64,000 nt of DNA from an uncultured virus (IMG/VR IMGVR_UViG_2681813236_000004) (taxonomy: Duplodnaviria > Heunggongvirae > Uroviricota > Caudoviricetes): the IMG/VR virus record IMGVR_UViG_2681813236_000004; one strand, 5' to 3'. Shown one piece after another: positions 63,946 to 64,000 of the stretch. Position numbers and translations under genes: made by a program. How positions within the stretch are numbered: position 1 is the stretch's first letter; each line of letters starts with the position of its first letter. Under the pieces are notes generated by a model that saw only the letters and a list, made by a program, of their open reading frames with translations, made no database searches and was not told the origin of the DNA.

Positions 63946-64000
63946 ATGAATCAATCATTTATCTCCGATATTCTTTACGCAGACATTGAAAGTAAGGCAA
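63946..64000 (+). CDS. repA: RepA initiator, 5' fragment truncated by the window edge
   Basis: MNQSFISDILYADIESKA after the iterons. Confidence 0.93.
   Translation, partial: MNQSFISDILYADIESKA

Overview
The whole window is a continuous segment of a P1-like temperate phage-plasmid (Punavirus type). Proteins and sites match bacteriophage P1 from memory: cix and cin, lyd-dar antirestriction operon, ssb, lyz, pro/prt, darB, ulx, lxc, mat, ref, c8, cre with a perfect loxP, coi, c1, pacAB with pac, lpa, phd-doc, humD, the pmg region, tail/baseplate genes 26-25-7-24-6-5, dbn, ban, three tRNAs, dmt, hrdC, upf genes, oriR and the start of repA. About a dozen C1 operators and several Lpa late-promoter boxes are visible. 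Apparent differences from P1: a GNAT gene replaces res-mod, a DUF4145/HEPN-like gene sits between ref and mat, and no hot gene is seen. Also, a host nrdA-promoter-like block precedes a 45-aa membrane peptide, an Ead/Ea22-type mosaic cluster is present, and an SPFH lipoprotein lies among the tRNAs. Most interesting signals: (1) a tmRNA-like tag frame (ANDNLMMVAA-stop) with pseudoknots inside a ~1.5 kb array of structured non-coding RNA; (2) an alternative-frame ORF nested in dmt resembling the beta subunit of M.EcoHK31I; (3) pmgO, pmgP, pmgQ and dbn look like four glycosyltransferases; (4) the nrdA promoter plus peptide module; (5) the GNAT gene with an SD-sequestering leader. No searches were run; homology statements are motif reading or recall.
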